64,000 bases of DNA from a bacterium (GTDB lineage Bacteria > Cyanobacteriota > Vampirovibrionia > Gastranaerophilales > JBAXKC01), in contig JBAXKC010000009.1 in the NCBI GenBank assembly GCA_037137535.1, positions 1 to 64,000 of the forward strand, written 5' to 3'. A program made the translations under genes and the position numbers. Under the pieces are notes generated by a model. That model searched no databases, had not been told where the DNA came from, and saw only the letters and a program-made list of their open reading frames with translations. This document shows, piece by piece, positions 30,212 to 41,700 of this stretch. Every line of letters begins with the position of its first letter. The first letter of the stretch is position 1.

Positions 30212-31660
30212 ATGATAAAAATAAATTCTGAAACAATTAAAAAAACTGTTTATGACCTTTGCTTTCAAGCAAATATCTATACATCAAAAGATGTTTATAA
30301 TGCTTTGTTAAATGCTTATAAAACTGAAACTTCAGAAAAAGCTAAAAATGTAATAGGCGAAATCCTGCAAAACATCCAATTATCAGCTATTTCACAAAGA
30401 CCTTTATGTCAAGATACAGGTTTTGTGACTGTCTTTGTCGAAATTGGAAATAATATTTTTATAGAAGGACAAAGTATAACAGATGCAATTAATGACGCTG
30501 TATCACAATGTTATACAGAAAATTTTTTCCGCAAGTCAATGGTATCAAATCCAATTTTTGAAAGAAAAAACACCAACGACAACACTCCTGCAATTATTCA
30601 TACAGAAATCGTTACAGGAAATGAAATCAATATAAAAGTTGCAATTAAAGGCTGTGGCAGCGAAAACATGAGCCAAATCAAAATGTTAAAACCATCTGAC
30701 GGAATAGAAGGAATTATTGATTTTGCAGTTAATACAGTAAAAGAAGCCGGCTCAAGACCTTGCCCCCCAATAAGATTAGGGCTTGGAATAGGCGGGACAT
30801 TTGATAAATCAGCAGTTTTAGCAAAAAAATCGTTATCTTTACCTGTTCAAACAGAAGAAGACCTAAAAAACAATAATGACGATATTTCTAAACTAGAACT
30901 GGGAATAATGCAAAAATGCAACGAGCTTAAAATAGGCGCAGCAGGATTAGGCGGTAATAATACTGTTTTTGGAGTAAATATACTAACTCACCCTACTCAT
31001 ATTGCGGCAATGCCTGTTGCAATAAACATAAACTGCCATTCTTCAAGGCATTCAGAGGCAACTATTTCCGAAAACGGTGTTAAATATCACACCGATGAAC
31101 TTCAAACAGAATTTGAGAATATTGAAATAAATAACAACTATGAAAAAAGAATAAATACCGATGAAATAGAAAAAATCAGAAATTTATCAGCAGGAGAAAG
31201 CGTATTATTGAGCGGTAAAATAATAACTGCAAGGGATGCAGCGCATAAAAAAATTGTCGAAATAATACAAGCAGGAAAAAACTTACCCTTTGAGCTGAAA
31301 GACAAAATTATTTATTACGTCGGACCTTGCCCCGCTAAAGATAATGAAATAATAGGTCCATGCGGACCGACAACCTCATCACGAATGGACAAATATATGC
31401 CTGTTATACTAAAAAACGGAATGTTAGCCTGTATTGGCAAAGGTTCAAGAGATAATCAGGTAAAAGAAGAATTAAAACAATACAAAGGTCTTTATTTTAT
31501 TACTACAGGCGGAGTTGCAAATCTTTTAAAAGAAAAAGTCAAAGCCTCAAAAATAATAGCCTTTGAAGAACTAGGCCCTGAAGCCGTTTATGAACTTGAA
31601 ATAAAAGACTTTCCAATAACTGTTGCAATAGATGCTGATGGTAATAATTTCATCAGATAA
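30212..31660 (+). CDS. Fe-S class I fumarate hydratase / tartrate dehydratase-type, fused alpha+beta subunits
   Basis: PLCQDTG, KGCGSEN, CPP, NCHSSRH (alpha); TARDAAH, GPTTSSRM, GPEA (beta). Confidence 0.88.
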   Translation: MIKINSETIKKTVYDLCFQANIYTSKDVYNALLNAYKTETSEKAKNVIGEILQNIQLSAISQRPLCQDTGFVTVFVEIGNNIFIEGQSITDAINDAVSQCYTENFFRKSMVSNPIFERKNTNDNTPAIIHTEIVTGNEINIKVAIKGCGSENMSQIKMLKPSDGIEGIIDFAVNTVKEAGSRPCPPIRLGLGIGGTFDKSAVLAKKSLSLPVQTEEDLKNNNDDISKLELGIMQKCNELKIGAAGLGGNNTVFGVNILTHPTHIAAMPVAININCHSSRHSEATISENGVKYHTDELQTEFENIEINNNYEKRINTDEIEKIRNLSAGESVLLSGKIITARDAAHKKIVEIIQAGKNLPFELKDKIIYYVGPCPAKDNEIIGPCGPTTSSRMDKYMPVILKNGMLACIGKGSRDNQVKEELKQYKGLYFITTGGVANLLKEKVKASKIIAFEELGPEAVYELEIKDFPITVAIDADGNNFIR

Positions 31661-31669
31661 AAAAACGCA

Positions 31670-31745
31670 AAATAAAAGCCACCTTTTAGGGCGGCTACCA
31701 GACTTTGGGGAGGAGGTTGGGGTATGACCATTTGTTTGGTCTATA
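31670..31745 (-). ncRNA. Candidate sigma-28-dependent small RNA with anti-SD tract
   Basis: Downstream of an exact sigma-28 promoter; 5' hairpin gacca/tggtc, ccccaacctcctcccc, then terminator agccgcc-ctaaaa-ggtggct-tttt; no credible ORF with an RBS. Confidence 0.6.
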
Positions 31746-31751
31746 CATTAT

Positions 31752-31778
31752 TTATCGGCAGCTTTCTGAAAAACTTTA
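31752..31778 (-). promoter_or_regulatory. Sigma-28 (FliA/SigD)-type promoter
   Basis: Minus strand taaa gtttttcagaaagct gccgataa = TAAA-N15-GCCGATAA. Confidence 0.8.
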
Positions 31779-31811
31779 ATACTTTATTTAGATGATTTAA
31801 CAAAACTTAAT

Positions 31812-33224
31812 TTATTTTAAAAAATTCTGCTTATGATTTAACTTAATATCATTAATTTGTTTTATAAAATTTTCATATTGTGCATTCAATTTATTTTTAA
31901 AATTGTATTTTTCAATATCCTCAAAAAGTCTTATAAAGTATAAATCTTTATTCAATATTTTTTCTAAAGTATCAATAACTTCCTCATATGATTCATTTTC
32001 TAAAAATATATTTATTAAATTGCACAACAAAAAATAACTTTGAGAATTATCAGAAAGGATTAAACTCATTTCTAAAATTTTCTTATAATCGTTTTTGTCT
32101 TTATTTTTCAAATAGGCTAATTCTAATAGAGCCAGTACATATAAATCATTAGAATCAATCTCAATAGTTTTCAAGAAATACTTTATTGCTGTTGAATATT
32201 TTTCTAAATAAAAATAAGTACAAGCTAGATTGAAATTGCTATCATAATTTAAAGGTTCAAGCTCATAGGCTTTTAGATAATATTCTATGGATTTATCATT
32301 ATCTATATTTAGATATGAAAGTCCCAGATTACAATTAACATCGAAATTATCTGAATTAATAAAATTAGCCTTTTCATAATACTCTATAGCTTTATCATAT
32401 TCTTCTTTTTTATGATAAATAAGACCAAGATTAAAATTAACATCAAAATCATTCTGATTAAAATTTAAGGCTTTTTTAAAATATGGAATTGCTAAATCAT
32501 ACAAGGTTTTATTATAATGAATAATGCCTAAATTATAATAAGGAGTAGCACAATCAGGATCAATAGCAATTGCTTTTTCACAACTATTAATTGCTAAATC
32601 ATATAATTCATTTTCAATGCAAATTGCACTTATGTCTAAAAAACGAGCAAGATTATTAGAATCTATACTAGCAGCTTGATTATATGAATCAAGAGCAAGA
32701 TTGTATTCTTTTTTCTTAGAGTAAATACGAGCAATAACATCTAAAATTTTATAGTTATTGGGTGCCAATTTTAAAAGCTCTTTATATGCGTCAATAGCTA
32801 AATCATATTCTTTTTGGCACAAATATGCATATCCTAGATTATTATGAGCCACAACTTCATTTGGAGTTAATTTAATTGCTTTAATACAATTTTGAATAGC
32901 CAAATCGTATTCTTTATGGAACAAATAGGCATATCCCAAATTAGCATAAAAAGATTTATAATTGGAATTTAACTTTGAAATTTTACTAATAACTATATTA
33001 TTAACATCAAATTCAATAGCTTTTTCATAATTTTTAATAGCTAAATCATATTCTTTCAAATAAAAATATAGATCACCCAAAAAAATATATCCTGAAATTT
33101 CATTAGGTTTTAAAGTTATAACTTTTTTAAAATTATGAATGGCTAATCTATATTCTTTTTTTTCAAAAAATGAACCACCTTGTTCTAAATAATACTTATA
33201 ATCTTTTTCTTCTGAATTAGTCAT
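31812..33224 (-). CDS. TPR repeat protein
   Basis: About 10 TPRs (NLGYAYL..KEYDLAI); start at ATG 33224 after GAGGTG RBS; very AT-rich. Confidence 0.88.
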   Translation of the reverse strand: MTNSEEKDYKYYLEQGGSFFEKKEYRLAIHNFKKVITLKPNEISGYIFLGDLYFYLKEYDLAIKNYEKAIEFDVNNIVISKISKLNSNYKSFYANLGYAYLFHKEYDLAIQNCIKAIKLTPNEVVAHNNLGYAYLCQKEYDLAIDAYKELLKLAPNNYKILDVIARIYSKKKEYNLALDSYNQAASIDSNNLARFLDISAICIENELYDLAINSCEKAIAIDPDCATPYYNLGIIHYNKTLYDLAIPYFKKALNFNQNDFDVNFNLGLIYHKKEEYDKAIEYYEKANFINSDNFDVNCNLGLSYLNIDNDKSIEYYLKAYELEPLNYDSNFNLACTYFYLEKYSTAIKYFLKTIEIDSNDLYVLALLELAYLKNKDKNDYKKILEMSLILSDNSQSYFLLCNLINIFLENESYEEVIDTLEKILNKDLYFIRLFEDIEKYNFKNKLNAQYENFIKQINDIKLNHKQNFLK

Positions 33225-33648
33225 TTCACCTCTTTTAGTAAAATTTAGTCTACTGTAAAAAAACACTTATAAAATAATTACTTAATTTTAATTATAATAA
33301 TAGCTTTGTCATAATCATAAAATTCAATGACCAAATCGTCAAACAAAAAACTACTCTATATTAAAAGGGATATTAATCTAAAGAGCAATTGTAACATTAT
33401 TTTAATTTAGTTATTATTTTTGGTTTTGAATAAAATTCCTCAAAAAAACTGTATTTTTACTCTATGCAGATAAATTCCTCTAACATTAATGACATTTTCT
33501 TAATTTATTAGCAGTTATTAAGCAAAATTAAACAATAAAATGTTCCATTTCGGATTTTCGAAAAAAATCAAATGCTTGACCAAAACTTTTTTAAGTATGA
33601 AAATCATTATATGAAGTAAGAATCATGTTATTTTTAGGAGGTAGACAA

Positions 33649-35007
33649 ATGTCCCGTTTCGTTCCAACTCCAGGAAAAGAGCTAACAAACGACGAAATCA
33701 AAGCTATTATTAAAGAAGAAAATGTCCAATTTATTAGAGTACAGTTCGTTGATGTACTTGGACAAGTTAAAAATATGGCTCTCCCTGCTACACAAATTGA
33801 TAGAATTTTAAACAATGAAGTAATGTTTGACGGATCTTCTGTTAAAGGTTTCAGAAGCATCGAAACATCAGATATGTTCTTTTATCCAGATAAAAGCACT
33901 TTTACAATTCTGCCTTGGAGAACAAAAACAGGCGGAACTGTTGCTCGTTTAATCTGCGATACCTATAATCCGGATGGAACTCCATTTGAAGGTTGCCCTA
34001 GAAATAACTTAAAAAGAGTTATGGCAGAAGCAAAAGCTCTTGGATATACAATGAACGTTGGTCCTGAAGCCGAATTCTTCCTTTTCAAAAAAGATGAGAA
34101 TGGTTGCCCAACCACAATAACACACGATACAGCAGGCTACTATGACCTTGGTCCTGACGATCTTGGAGAAGATGTAAGAGCTGAAATCGTTAACACTTTA
34201 CATGAAATGGGCTTTGAAGTTGAAGCAAGCCACCACGAAGTTGCTAAAGGTCAGCACGAAGTTGATTTCAAATATGCGGATGCATTAACAACAGCGGATA
34301 ACGTTGTAACCTTCAGAGTTGTTGTAAGAGCTATTGCTGCAAAACATGGCTTACACGCAACATTTATGCCGAAACCTATTTTTGGTATCAACGGTTCAGG
34401 TATGCACGTTAACTTCTCACTTTCAAAAGATGGTAAAAACGCATTCTTAGATGAATCAAAACCTTACCAACTTAGTCAAGATGCTATGTACTCAATCGGT
34501 GGCGTATTAAAGAACGTTAAAAACATTACAGCTATCTGTAATCCGACCGTAAACAGCTACAAGCGTTTAGTTCCTGGTTATGAAGCTCCTGTAAACTTAG
34601 CTTGGTCAAATTCAAACAGAAGTGCTCTTTTAAGAGTACCTGCAAAAAGAGGTCAAGGAACAAGAGTTGAATTAAGATCACCAGATCCTTCATGCAACCC
34701 ATACCTTGCTTTTGCTGCAATCTTAACAGCTGCATTAGACGGTATTAAAAATAAAATCGATGCTCCTGCTTCTGTTGACGTGAATATTTACCACTTAACA
34801 GACAAAGAGAGAAAGAAACAAAAAATTGATTCACTTCCAGGAAGTTTAGCTGAAGCTGTAGACTACATGGAAAAATCACCTGTTGCTAAAGAAGCTCTTG
34901 GTGAGCATATTTACAACGAATTCATCAATGCAAAAAGAATTGAGTGGGATGAATACAGAACAAAAGTAAGCCCATGGGAAGTTGAAAAATATTTAGAAAC
35001 ATACTAA
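33649..35007 (+). CDS. glnA: Glutamine synthetase type I
   Basis: FDGSS, HHEVAKGQHE, FMPKP, NSYKRLVPGYEAP, ELRSPDPSCNPYL; start at ATG 33649 after AGGAGG. Confidence 0.96.
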   Translation: MSRFVPTPGKELTNDEIKAIIKEENVQFIRVQFVDVLGQVKNMALPATQIDRILNNEVMFDGSSVKGFRSIETSDMFFYPDKSTFTILPWRTKTGGTVARLICDTYNPDGTPFEGCPRNNLKRVMAEAKALGYTMNVGPEAEFFLFKKDENGCPTTITHDTAGYYDLGPDDLGEDVRAEIVNTLHEMGFEVEASHHEVAKGQHEVDFKYADALTTADNVVTFRVVVRAIAAKHGLHATFMPKPIFGINGSGMHVNFSLSKDGKNAFLDESKPYQLSQDAMYSIGGVLKNVKNITAICNPTVNSYKRLVPGYEAPVNLAWSNSNRSALLRVPAKRGQGTRVELRSPDPSCNPYLAFAAILTAALDGIKNKIDAPASVDVNIYHLTDKERKKQKIDSLPGSLAEAVDYMEKSPVAKEALGEHIYNEFINAKRIEWDEYRTKVSPWEVEKYLETY

Positions 35008-35028
35008 ATATAAATTAACTGAAAACTT

Positions 35029-35056
35029 TAAAAGCCTCCTGTAAAGGGGGCTTTTA
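35029..35056 (+). terminator. glnA terminator
   Basis: taaaagcctcct-gtaa-agggggctttta. Confidence 0.75.
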
Positions 35057-35157
35057 GCTAAATAATAAGCGAAACCTCTATTCAATTTTCATTTATCAAT
35101 TTTTTTCATTTATGGTTTTATAGTATATAGGTGAAATATTTATTTTTTGAGGTCATC

Positions 35158-35475
35158 ATGCAAATTAACAATTTTAATACCTTAAAACCTTTTCACAAAA
35201 ATAATACACCGATAAATAACCGAATTAAAACTAACTTTTCTGGAACAAGCACAATCAACAATGAAAACAAATTAAAAGATATTAACGTTATTTGTGCAAT
35301 GGGTACTCATGCAATATTTGCTTTTATGGCTGCTGTCGGAGCACAAATCTTAAGCAATCAACGCAAAGGAATACCAGAAAATAAAGGGTGTCTTCCTTGG
35401 GCTATTATAATGATGATAATATCATTAAGTGCTGATTTTACTATTTTAAATAGTAAAAAAAATGATACTAAATAA
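35158..35475 (+). CDS. Small hypothetical two-helix membrane protein with Asn-rich leader
   Basis: GAGGT RBS before MQINNF; two hydrophobic segments. Confidence 0.6.
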   Translation: MQINNFNTLKPFHKNNTPINNRIKTNFSGTSTINNENKLKDINVICAMGTHAIFAFMAAVGAQILSNQRKGIPENKGCLPWAIIMMIISLSADFTILNSKKNDTK

Positions 35476-35491
35476 ACTAAAAAAATGAGGG

Positions 35492-37888
35492 CTAAAAGCC
35501 CTCACCAAAAATATATTCTATAACTTCATCCATGTTTTCAACAATTTTAAAGTTGATTTTTTCTTTCACATAATCAGGAATGTCATCAAGATCTTTTTTA
35601 TTTCCCTTAGGAATAATTATATTAGTAATATTATTTCTCAAAGCCGCTATGCATTTTTCTTTCAATCCACCAATCGGTAAAACTCTTCCACGAAGAGTTA
35701 TTTCCCCTGTCATAGCGACATCGCCTCTTATTGGCTTATTAGTAATAGCGCTTATAATTCCTGAAGTTAAAGCAATACCTGCTGAAGGACCGTCTTTTGG
35801 TGTTGCTCCGTCAGCTGCATGAATATGTAAATCATGCTTTTCTACAAAATCTTCAGGAATATCATATTTTTGATAATTACTTCTTGCATAACTTAAAGCA
35901 GTCTTTGCAGATTCCTGCATAACATCGCCAAGTCTACCTGTCAAATTCAAGCGACCTTTACCGGGCATTACACCAACTTCAATTTCTAATAATTCACCGC
36001 CAACCTCAGTCCAAGCAAGACCATGAACCAATCCTACCTGTGGCTGTTTTTCTGCTTCAGATCTTTCAAATTTAGGAGTACCCATATATTTTGAAAGATT
36101 TTCAGTTGTTATATTTACGCTGAATTTTGGATCTGAAACTATTTCCATCGCAACTTTTCTACAAAGTTTTGCCGCTGCTCTTTCAAGATTTCTTACTCCT
36201 GCTTCACGAGTATAATTATTAATTATTGCAAGAATTGCATCTTTTTCAATTTTCATTTTAGAAGATTTAATTCCCGAAAGCTTTGTTTGTTTTGGAATAA
36301 GAAATTTTTCGGCAATATTGGCTTTTTCTTCTTCTGTATAACCTGAAATATAAATAGTTTCGATTCTATCCCTCAAAGGCTTATATAATTGATCTAAAGA
36401 ATTAGCGGTGGCAACAAAAAACACTTCTGACAAATCAAAAGGAATATCAATATAATGATCAACGAAATGAGAATTTTGCGCTGGGTCTAAAACCTCTAGC
36501 ATTGCTGCTGTCGGGTCACCCATATGGCTCGGTATCATTTTTTCTATTTCATCAAGCAAAATCAAAGGATTTTTGGTCCCGGCATCTTCAACAGCTCTGA
36601 TTATTCTACCGGGCATAGAACCTATATAAGTACGTCTATGACCTCGAATTTCAGATTCGTCATTAATACCGCCAAGACTTACCTGAGCAAATTTTTTATT
36701 CAAACTTTTTGCAATAGACTTTGCTAGAGAAGTTTTACCGACACCCGGTGGACCTACAAAACAAATAATGGTGGGAAGCTTTTCTTTTGAAAGTTTTTTA
36801 ACTGCTAAAAACTCCAAAATCCTTTGTTTTACATCCTCTAAACCATAATGATCTTTATCGAGAATTTTTTTAGCCCTATCAATATCAAGAATATCTTTTG
36901 TTCTATTTTCCCATGGCAAAGCCAAAACCGAATCAATATAAGTTCTGATAACAGAAGTTTCTGCTGTATAACCAGGCATTCTTTCAAGGCGATTCAGTTC
37001 CTTATTAAGTTTAGTTTTAACTTCTTGAGGCAGTTTTGCTTTTTCAACGGTTTTTCGTAACTCGTCAATTTCATCAGCGCCTTCTTCGTCACGAAGTTCA
37101 TCTTTAATTGCTCTTAATTTCTCTCGCAAAATATATTCTTTTTGAGCTTTTCCGAGCTTAAATTTAATTTTTTCCTGCAAGCCTTCTTCAATACTAAGCA
37201 TTTCCAGCTCTCTTGAAAGAATTTTACTGACTTGCTCAAGTCTTTCATAAGTGTTAGCTGTTTCAATTAATGTTTGCTTTTCTTCAGACACTACATTCAA
37301 GTAGGTAGCAATAATATCAGCTAATTTACCCGGTTCTTTAATTTCTAAAATAGAAACAAAATGTTCAGGGCTAACTTTTGTACTTCTCTGAATATAACTT
37401 TGAAATAAATCCAGCGTCAATTTCATCAAAGCTTTTATATCTTCCTCTTCAACAGAAGACTCAACCAGCTCTTCGTAATTAGCTCTTATGAAATCTTCTT
37501 CAAAACTCAAATCAACAGCTTTAACTCTTTTTACACCTTCAACAAGAGCTTTAACAGCACCATCAGGAAATTTTAAAACTTGAACGACTTTACCTAAAAT
37601 ACCTATGTCATATAAATCCGCTATTTGAGGCTCATCAGTTTGAGGCTTTTTTTGAGCCAAAAGTATAACTTCATGACTTTCTGACATCAAAGCATTTTCA
37701 AGGGCGATCGTTGAAACTTTTCTATTAACAAAAATAGGCGCAACCATATGCGGGAAAGTAACAATATCCCTCATAGGAATAACAGGAGTAAACTTGGGCA
37801 GTTCTTCTTTTTGAACTTCTATATCATCAGCTTGTTCTTCATTTTTTTCATCAAGAATTTCATCTTTTTCTTCTAGCTTTTTATTCAT
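35492..37888 (-). CDS. lon: Lon protease (endopeptidase La)
   Basis: GPPGVGKTS, RRTYIGSMPG, PKDGPSAG, IGGLKEK. Confidence 0.96.
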   Translation of the reverse strand: MNKKLEEKDEILDEKNEEQADDIEVQKEELPKFTPVIPMRDIVTFPHMVAPIFVNRKVSTIALENALMSESHEVILLAQKKPQTDEPQIADLYDIGILGKVVQVLKFPDGAVKALVEGVKRVKAVDLSFEEDFIRANYEELVESSVEEEDIKALMKLTLDLFQSYIQRSTKVSPEHFVSILEIKEPGKLADIIATYLNVVSEEKQTLIETANTYERLEQVSKILSRELEMLSIEEGLQEKIKFKLGKAQKEYILREKLRAIKDELRDEEGADEIDELRKTVEKAKLPQEVKTKLNKELNRLERMPGYTAETSVIRTYIDSVLALPWENRTKDILDIDRAKKILDKDHYGLEDVKQRILEFLAVKKLSKEKLPTIICFVGPPGVGKTSLAKSIAKSLNKKFAQVSLGGINDESEIRGHRRTYIGSMPGRIIRAVEDAGTKNPLILLDEIEKMIPSHMGDPTAAMLEVLDPAQNSHFVDHYIDIPFDLSEVFFVATANSLDQLYKPLRDRIETIYISGYTEEEKANIAEKFLIPKQTKLSGIKSSKMKIEKDAILAIINNYTREAGVRNLERAAAKLCRKVAMEIVSDPKFSVNITTENLSKYMGTPKFERSEAEKQPQVGLVHGLAWTEVGGELLEIEVGVMPGKGRLNLTGRLGDVMQESAKTALSYARSNYQKYDIPEDFVEKHDLHIHAADGATPKDGPSAGIALTSGIISAITNKPIRGDVAMTGEITLRGRVLPIGGLKEKCIAALRNNITNIIIPKGNKKDLDDIPDYVKEKINFKIVENMDEVIEYIFGEGF

Positions 37889-38034
37889 TATTTTCAACTT
37901 CTATTATCTAGGCTCATATGGAATTAATCTTTTAGTTTAACACAAAAAATTGTTTATATCTCTTACACAGACGACCATAAACCATTTTTATTTTATCTTC
38001 ACTTTTAAAAATTCTCTTATTTCTTAATTAAAAG

Positions 38035-38709
38035 TTAATCCTTTTTACAAAAAGAGAAAAAATTACAATAGATACAATGCTTTGCTTCATTTCTTGAGTA
38101 AATGGAAATCTGATCCATCTCATTGATTTTTTCTAAAAGAAGAGTTTCATATTCCATTTCTTTTTCTTCAGAATATTCTATTTCTTTTATTTCTATTTCT
38201 TCCGCAATACGAATAAAACTAAAGACCAAATTCTCATGAGGAAATTTAAGCTTTAAGCTTTTTTGAGCTTTATAAAATGAATACAAATAAATAATAGATT
38301 GATAATTCTTATCGTCAGACGGGATTTTCTGACCTGTTTTCCAGTCGATAACATATATTTTATTGTCTTTATCTTTAAAAACAGCATCTATTCGTCCGCT
38401 TAACCAGCTTCCGCTATCGGAAAGAGGTGTCCAGAATTGCCATTCTGTAGCGACAAGTTCTTGTTTTAATAAATTAGAGGCTTTAATAATTTCCCACATA
38501 TTAACAACCTCAGTATCGGCATTTTTTAAAAGATGACTTATTTCATGACCTTTTAAATAATACTCTATCAGCTTATGGATAGCTTTTCCGAGATAAAAAT
38601 CAGATTGAATCTCAGGGATATTAAGTCTTTTAATATATTTATAATAATATTGACGCTTACAGATATCCCAAATATTAAAGCGATCATGATTAAAAATTGA
38701 TTTAGTCAT
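38035..38709 (-). CDS. PD-(D/E)XK RecB/Cas4-like nuclease
   Basis: CKRQYYY, GKAIH, GRIDAV, IDWKTG, Q..IY, HCIYCNFFSFC; ATG 38709 overlaps the end of the helicase gene. Confidence 0.85.
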   Translation of the reverse strand: MTKSIFNHDRFNIWDICKRQYYYKYIKRLNIPEIQSDFYLGKAIHKLIEYYLKGHEISHLLKNADTEVVNMWEIIKASNLLKQELVATEWQFWTPLSDSGSWLSGRIDAVFKDKDNKIYVIDWKTGQKIPSDDKNYQSIIYLYSFYKAQKSLKLKFPHENLVFSFIRIAEEIEIKEIEYSEEKEMEYETLLLEKINEMDQISIYSRNEAKHCIYCNFFSFCKKD

Positions 38710-41700
38710 TAATTTTCCACCCATCGAGAACAGAATATTCCGCAAAATAATTAAGAATTTTCGAAGGCTGTTTTTCATCAAGCCATGCCGCACCATCATT
38801 TTTATAATACGAAGTCATGTAAAGCTGACGTTTTGCCCTTGTAATACCGACATAGATTAGTCTTAAGTGCTCATTACATTGCATTATACGATTATCCGCA
38901 TAATCTGTTTTTAATTCCATAATTTTATCTAGTTCTTTTGTAAGTTTATGCTTTGATGAAGAAATAGTTTTATCGGGCGAAACAGAATAAGAATAACCAT
39001 CTTCATGCATTGACGGCATAAAAACAACATCAAAACCTAACCCTTTAGCCTTATGAACCGTCATTAAACAGGTCTGACCCTGAATATTCTCTTCTTCTTC
39101 CTCAAAATATTTTATTCTTATATCTTTTCTGCCTAATTCTTCAAAATATTTAACTATTTCAAAAAGCCCTACAGTTATATTTCTTTGATAATCAGTTTCT
39201 TTTTCTCTGAATTTTTTCACAAAAAGGGCGAAAAGATGCATATTTGCTCTATCAAGTGTATCTATAAAATAGTAATGTCCAAGTTTTATAACCAATTCTT
39301 CAACAGGCAAAGATGCAAAATAAAGCCAGTATTCTAAATCAAGTTTAAACCTTATAAGCTCTTCCGTTGGCAACTCATAAGTTTTAAAAGCCAAAAAAGG
39401 AGAACCGAGGTTATTTAAAAAATTAAGTGAAACAAAATCTTTTTTATAAAGTTTATAAGAAGTTAATACGTTAAAAAGCTCTACAACTCTGTCTTTATTA
39501 TGTGGAGCAGCCAAAAATTTAAGGTATGACAATAAAAATCTGAACACTTTTTTCTGTTTAAGCGAATCAGTTTTACAAATAAAAGGAATTTCATTACTTT
39601 CCAAAAGACTAGCCCAACTCAAAACCTGAAAATTATTCCTCAATAGAACTGCAACAGAATTATTTGGATTTTCTTTAATTATTTTTTTGATTTTACTCGT
39701 AATATAATCTTTTTCTTCTTCTGAGGTTTCAAAAGTCTTAAAACACAAATTATCTTTGTTCACAGGATTAGAATTTTTTACGGGCTTCATATAAATTTCA
39801 TAAAAAGCATCAGAAAACATTGAATCTTCCCGCGAGAACTTAATAAGCTCATTTGCAAGTGTGTATATTCCCTCTGCGCATCGCTGCGAGCAATCCATCT
39901 CTACTTTATTGTTCTCGTTAATAAAGCTTTTAAAACCCTCTACATCAGCATTAGAAAAGGTTGTAGTAATTGCTTGATTGACATCGCCACATCTAATAAG
40001 ATTTTTATGCTTTTCACAGATACAAGAAAGTATTCTCTGCTGTATTTCAGAAGAATCTTGCGCTTCATCTTCAATAACATAAGTAAATTTATCTTGATAA
40101 TAAGCTCTAACCTCTTTGTTTTCTTTTAAAAGATTTGAACAAAGATAAAGAACATCATCAAAATCAATCATATTTCTTGATTTTAAAAATTGTTGATAAT
40201 CTCTATATATAGGCAAAAACTCTGAAATTATCTGATTTTTTTTTGCTAAAGGAGACTTTTCAATTTTTTCAACGGATAAACCGTTTTGCTTTGCGTAAAT
40301 TATTCCTTTATCTATCATTTCAGTCCATTTTTTAAGGTCTTCACCTGTAGGAAGAAAAATTCCGCATCGTTCATTTATTATCTGTGGTCTTAAATCACCA
40401 TCACAAATATTAAAATCATATTCCAAGCCAAGTCTGGAATAATTATCATTTTCTTTTAAAATTTTCAAAGCAAGACTGTGAATTGTCGAAACATGAGGAA
40501 GCTCTGAACCGCAAAATGATTTAATTTTCTCTCTTATATTTTCAGCAGCAGAGTCCATATAGGTTAATACCAGTATTTTTTCAGGCGGAGTTCCGTCCTT
40601 AATAAGTTTATGAATTAAACCTTGCATAACAGTAGTTTTACCTGCCCCTGGAACCGCAGGAACAGCAAGCATGCCACCTTTATAATCAATAATATCTTTT
40701 TGATCTTCTCTAGGAGTAAAATTAAAATCTTTGACGGCTGTTTCTATTATTTGCCCGAGAAAAAGAACAATGCCACCATAAGCATTTTCTCTTCCCGTAC
40801 TGTCATAATCGCTAGAGTAACAGTAAATATGCTCTTTTGAACATAATACAAGTTTTCTAAGAAGGTGAGCCGATTTTTCAAGTGTTAATTTTCTATGAAT
40901 ATCAGGAGTATAATCAGAAATAGCACAATTTTTTCTTAACATCCAAGAGTTATAAAGTGGTCCTGTATCGTCTTTAATCCAGCTGTTTGATGAGGTATCA
41001 ATCCAAATTTGATAGTTAGAATGAAGTTCAAGATCAACAACTTTTTGCGGTGTTGCGATTTTTATTGCATTTTCGTTAATTTCTTCGGCAACAGCAGGAT
41101 TATCAGAAACTACCGTACTTTTTATCTGAATAATCCATTCTCTTTCTTCATTTTTAAGTTCTTTTCCAAGTTTTATGATTAATTCCTGAAATTCTCTCAA
41201 AGACTTCAAAAGGTTATTAAAATCATTAAGTTGAGTATTCTCATCAATTATCGGCAAAATTATTTTTGTAAAAATAACTCCTAGTTGAGAGTAAATATCA
41301 AGATTTTCCTCGCTAATTTCTTCGATTTTACTTAAAAATTCAGCATATTTAACATCTAATTCTTCAATTCCAAAAACTAAAGATTTTAAACTTTTACTGT
41401 TTAATCTTTTATTCTGATAAATGTCGGCTTTATTAACAGCATAATTCCATAAAAAAGAGAATAATTCTGATAATTCCGACTTTGAAGGGAACAAATACCA
41501 CTCTTTATTTATAATTTGAGCAATTATAAGAACCGATTTTACGATTTTATCGTCTATCAACTTTTTAGAGCCTGAGAAAAACTGATAATTATAACTATTT
41601 TGCTCAAAGAACTCTTGTAATGAATATTTCATACAAATATCAAAATCTGGGGCAACTACCACAATTTCATTAAAATCAACACCATCAGCCACTAAATCAG

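Noticed and set aside
33380-33600. Nitrogen-regulator (NtcA/GlnR) site upstream of glnA
   Set aside because: No match to GTA-N8-TAC or TGTNA-N7-TNACA that I could support
38035-38709. Cas4-like nuclease as evidence of CRISPR-Cas
   Set aside because: No cas1/cas2 or repeat-spacer array in the window; it is coupled to a helicase
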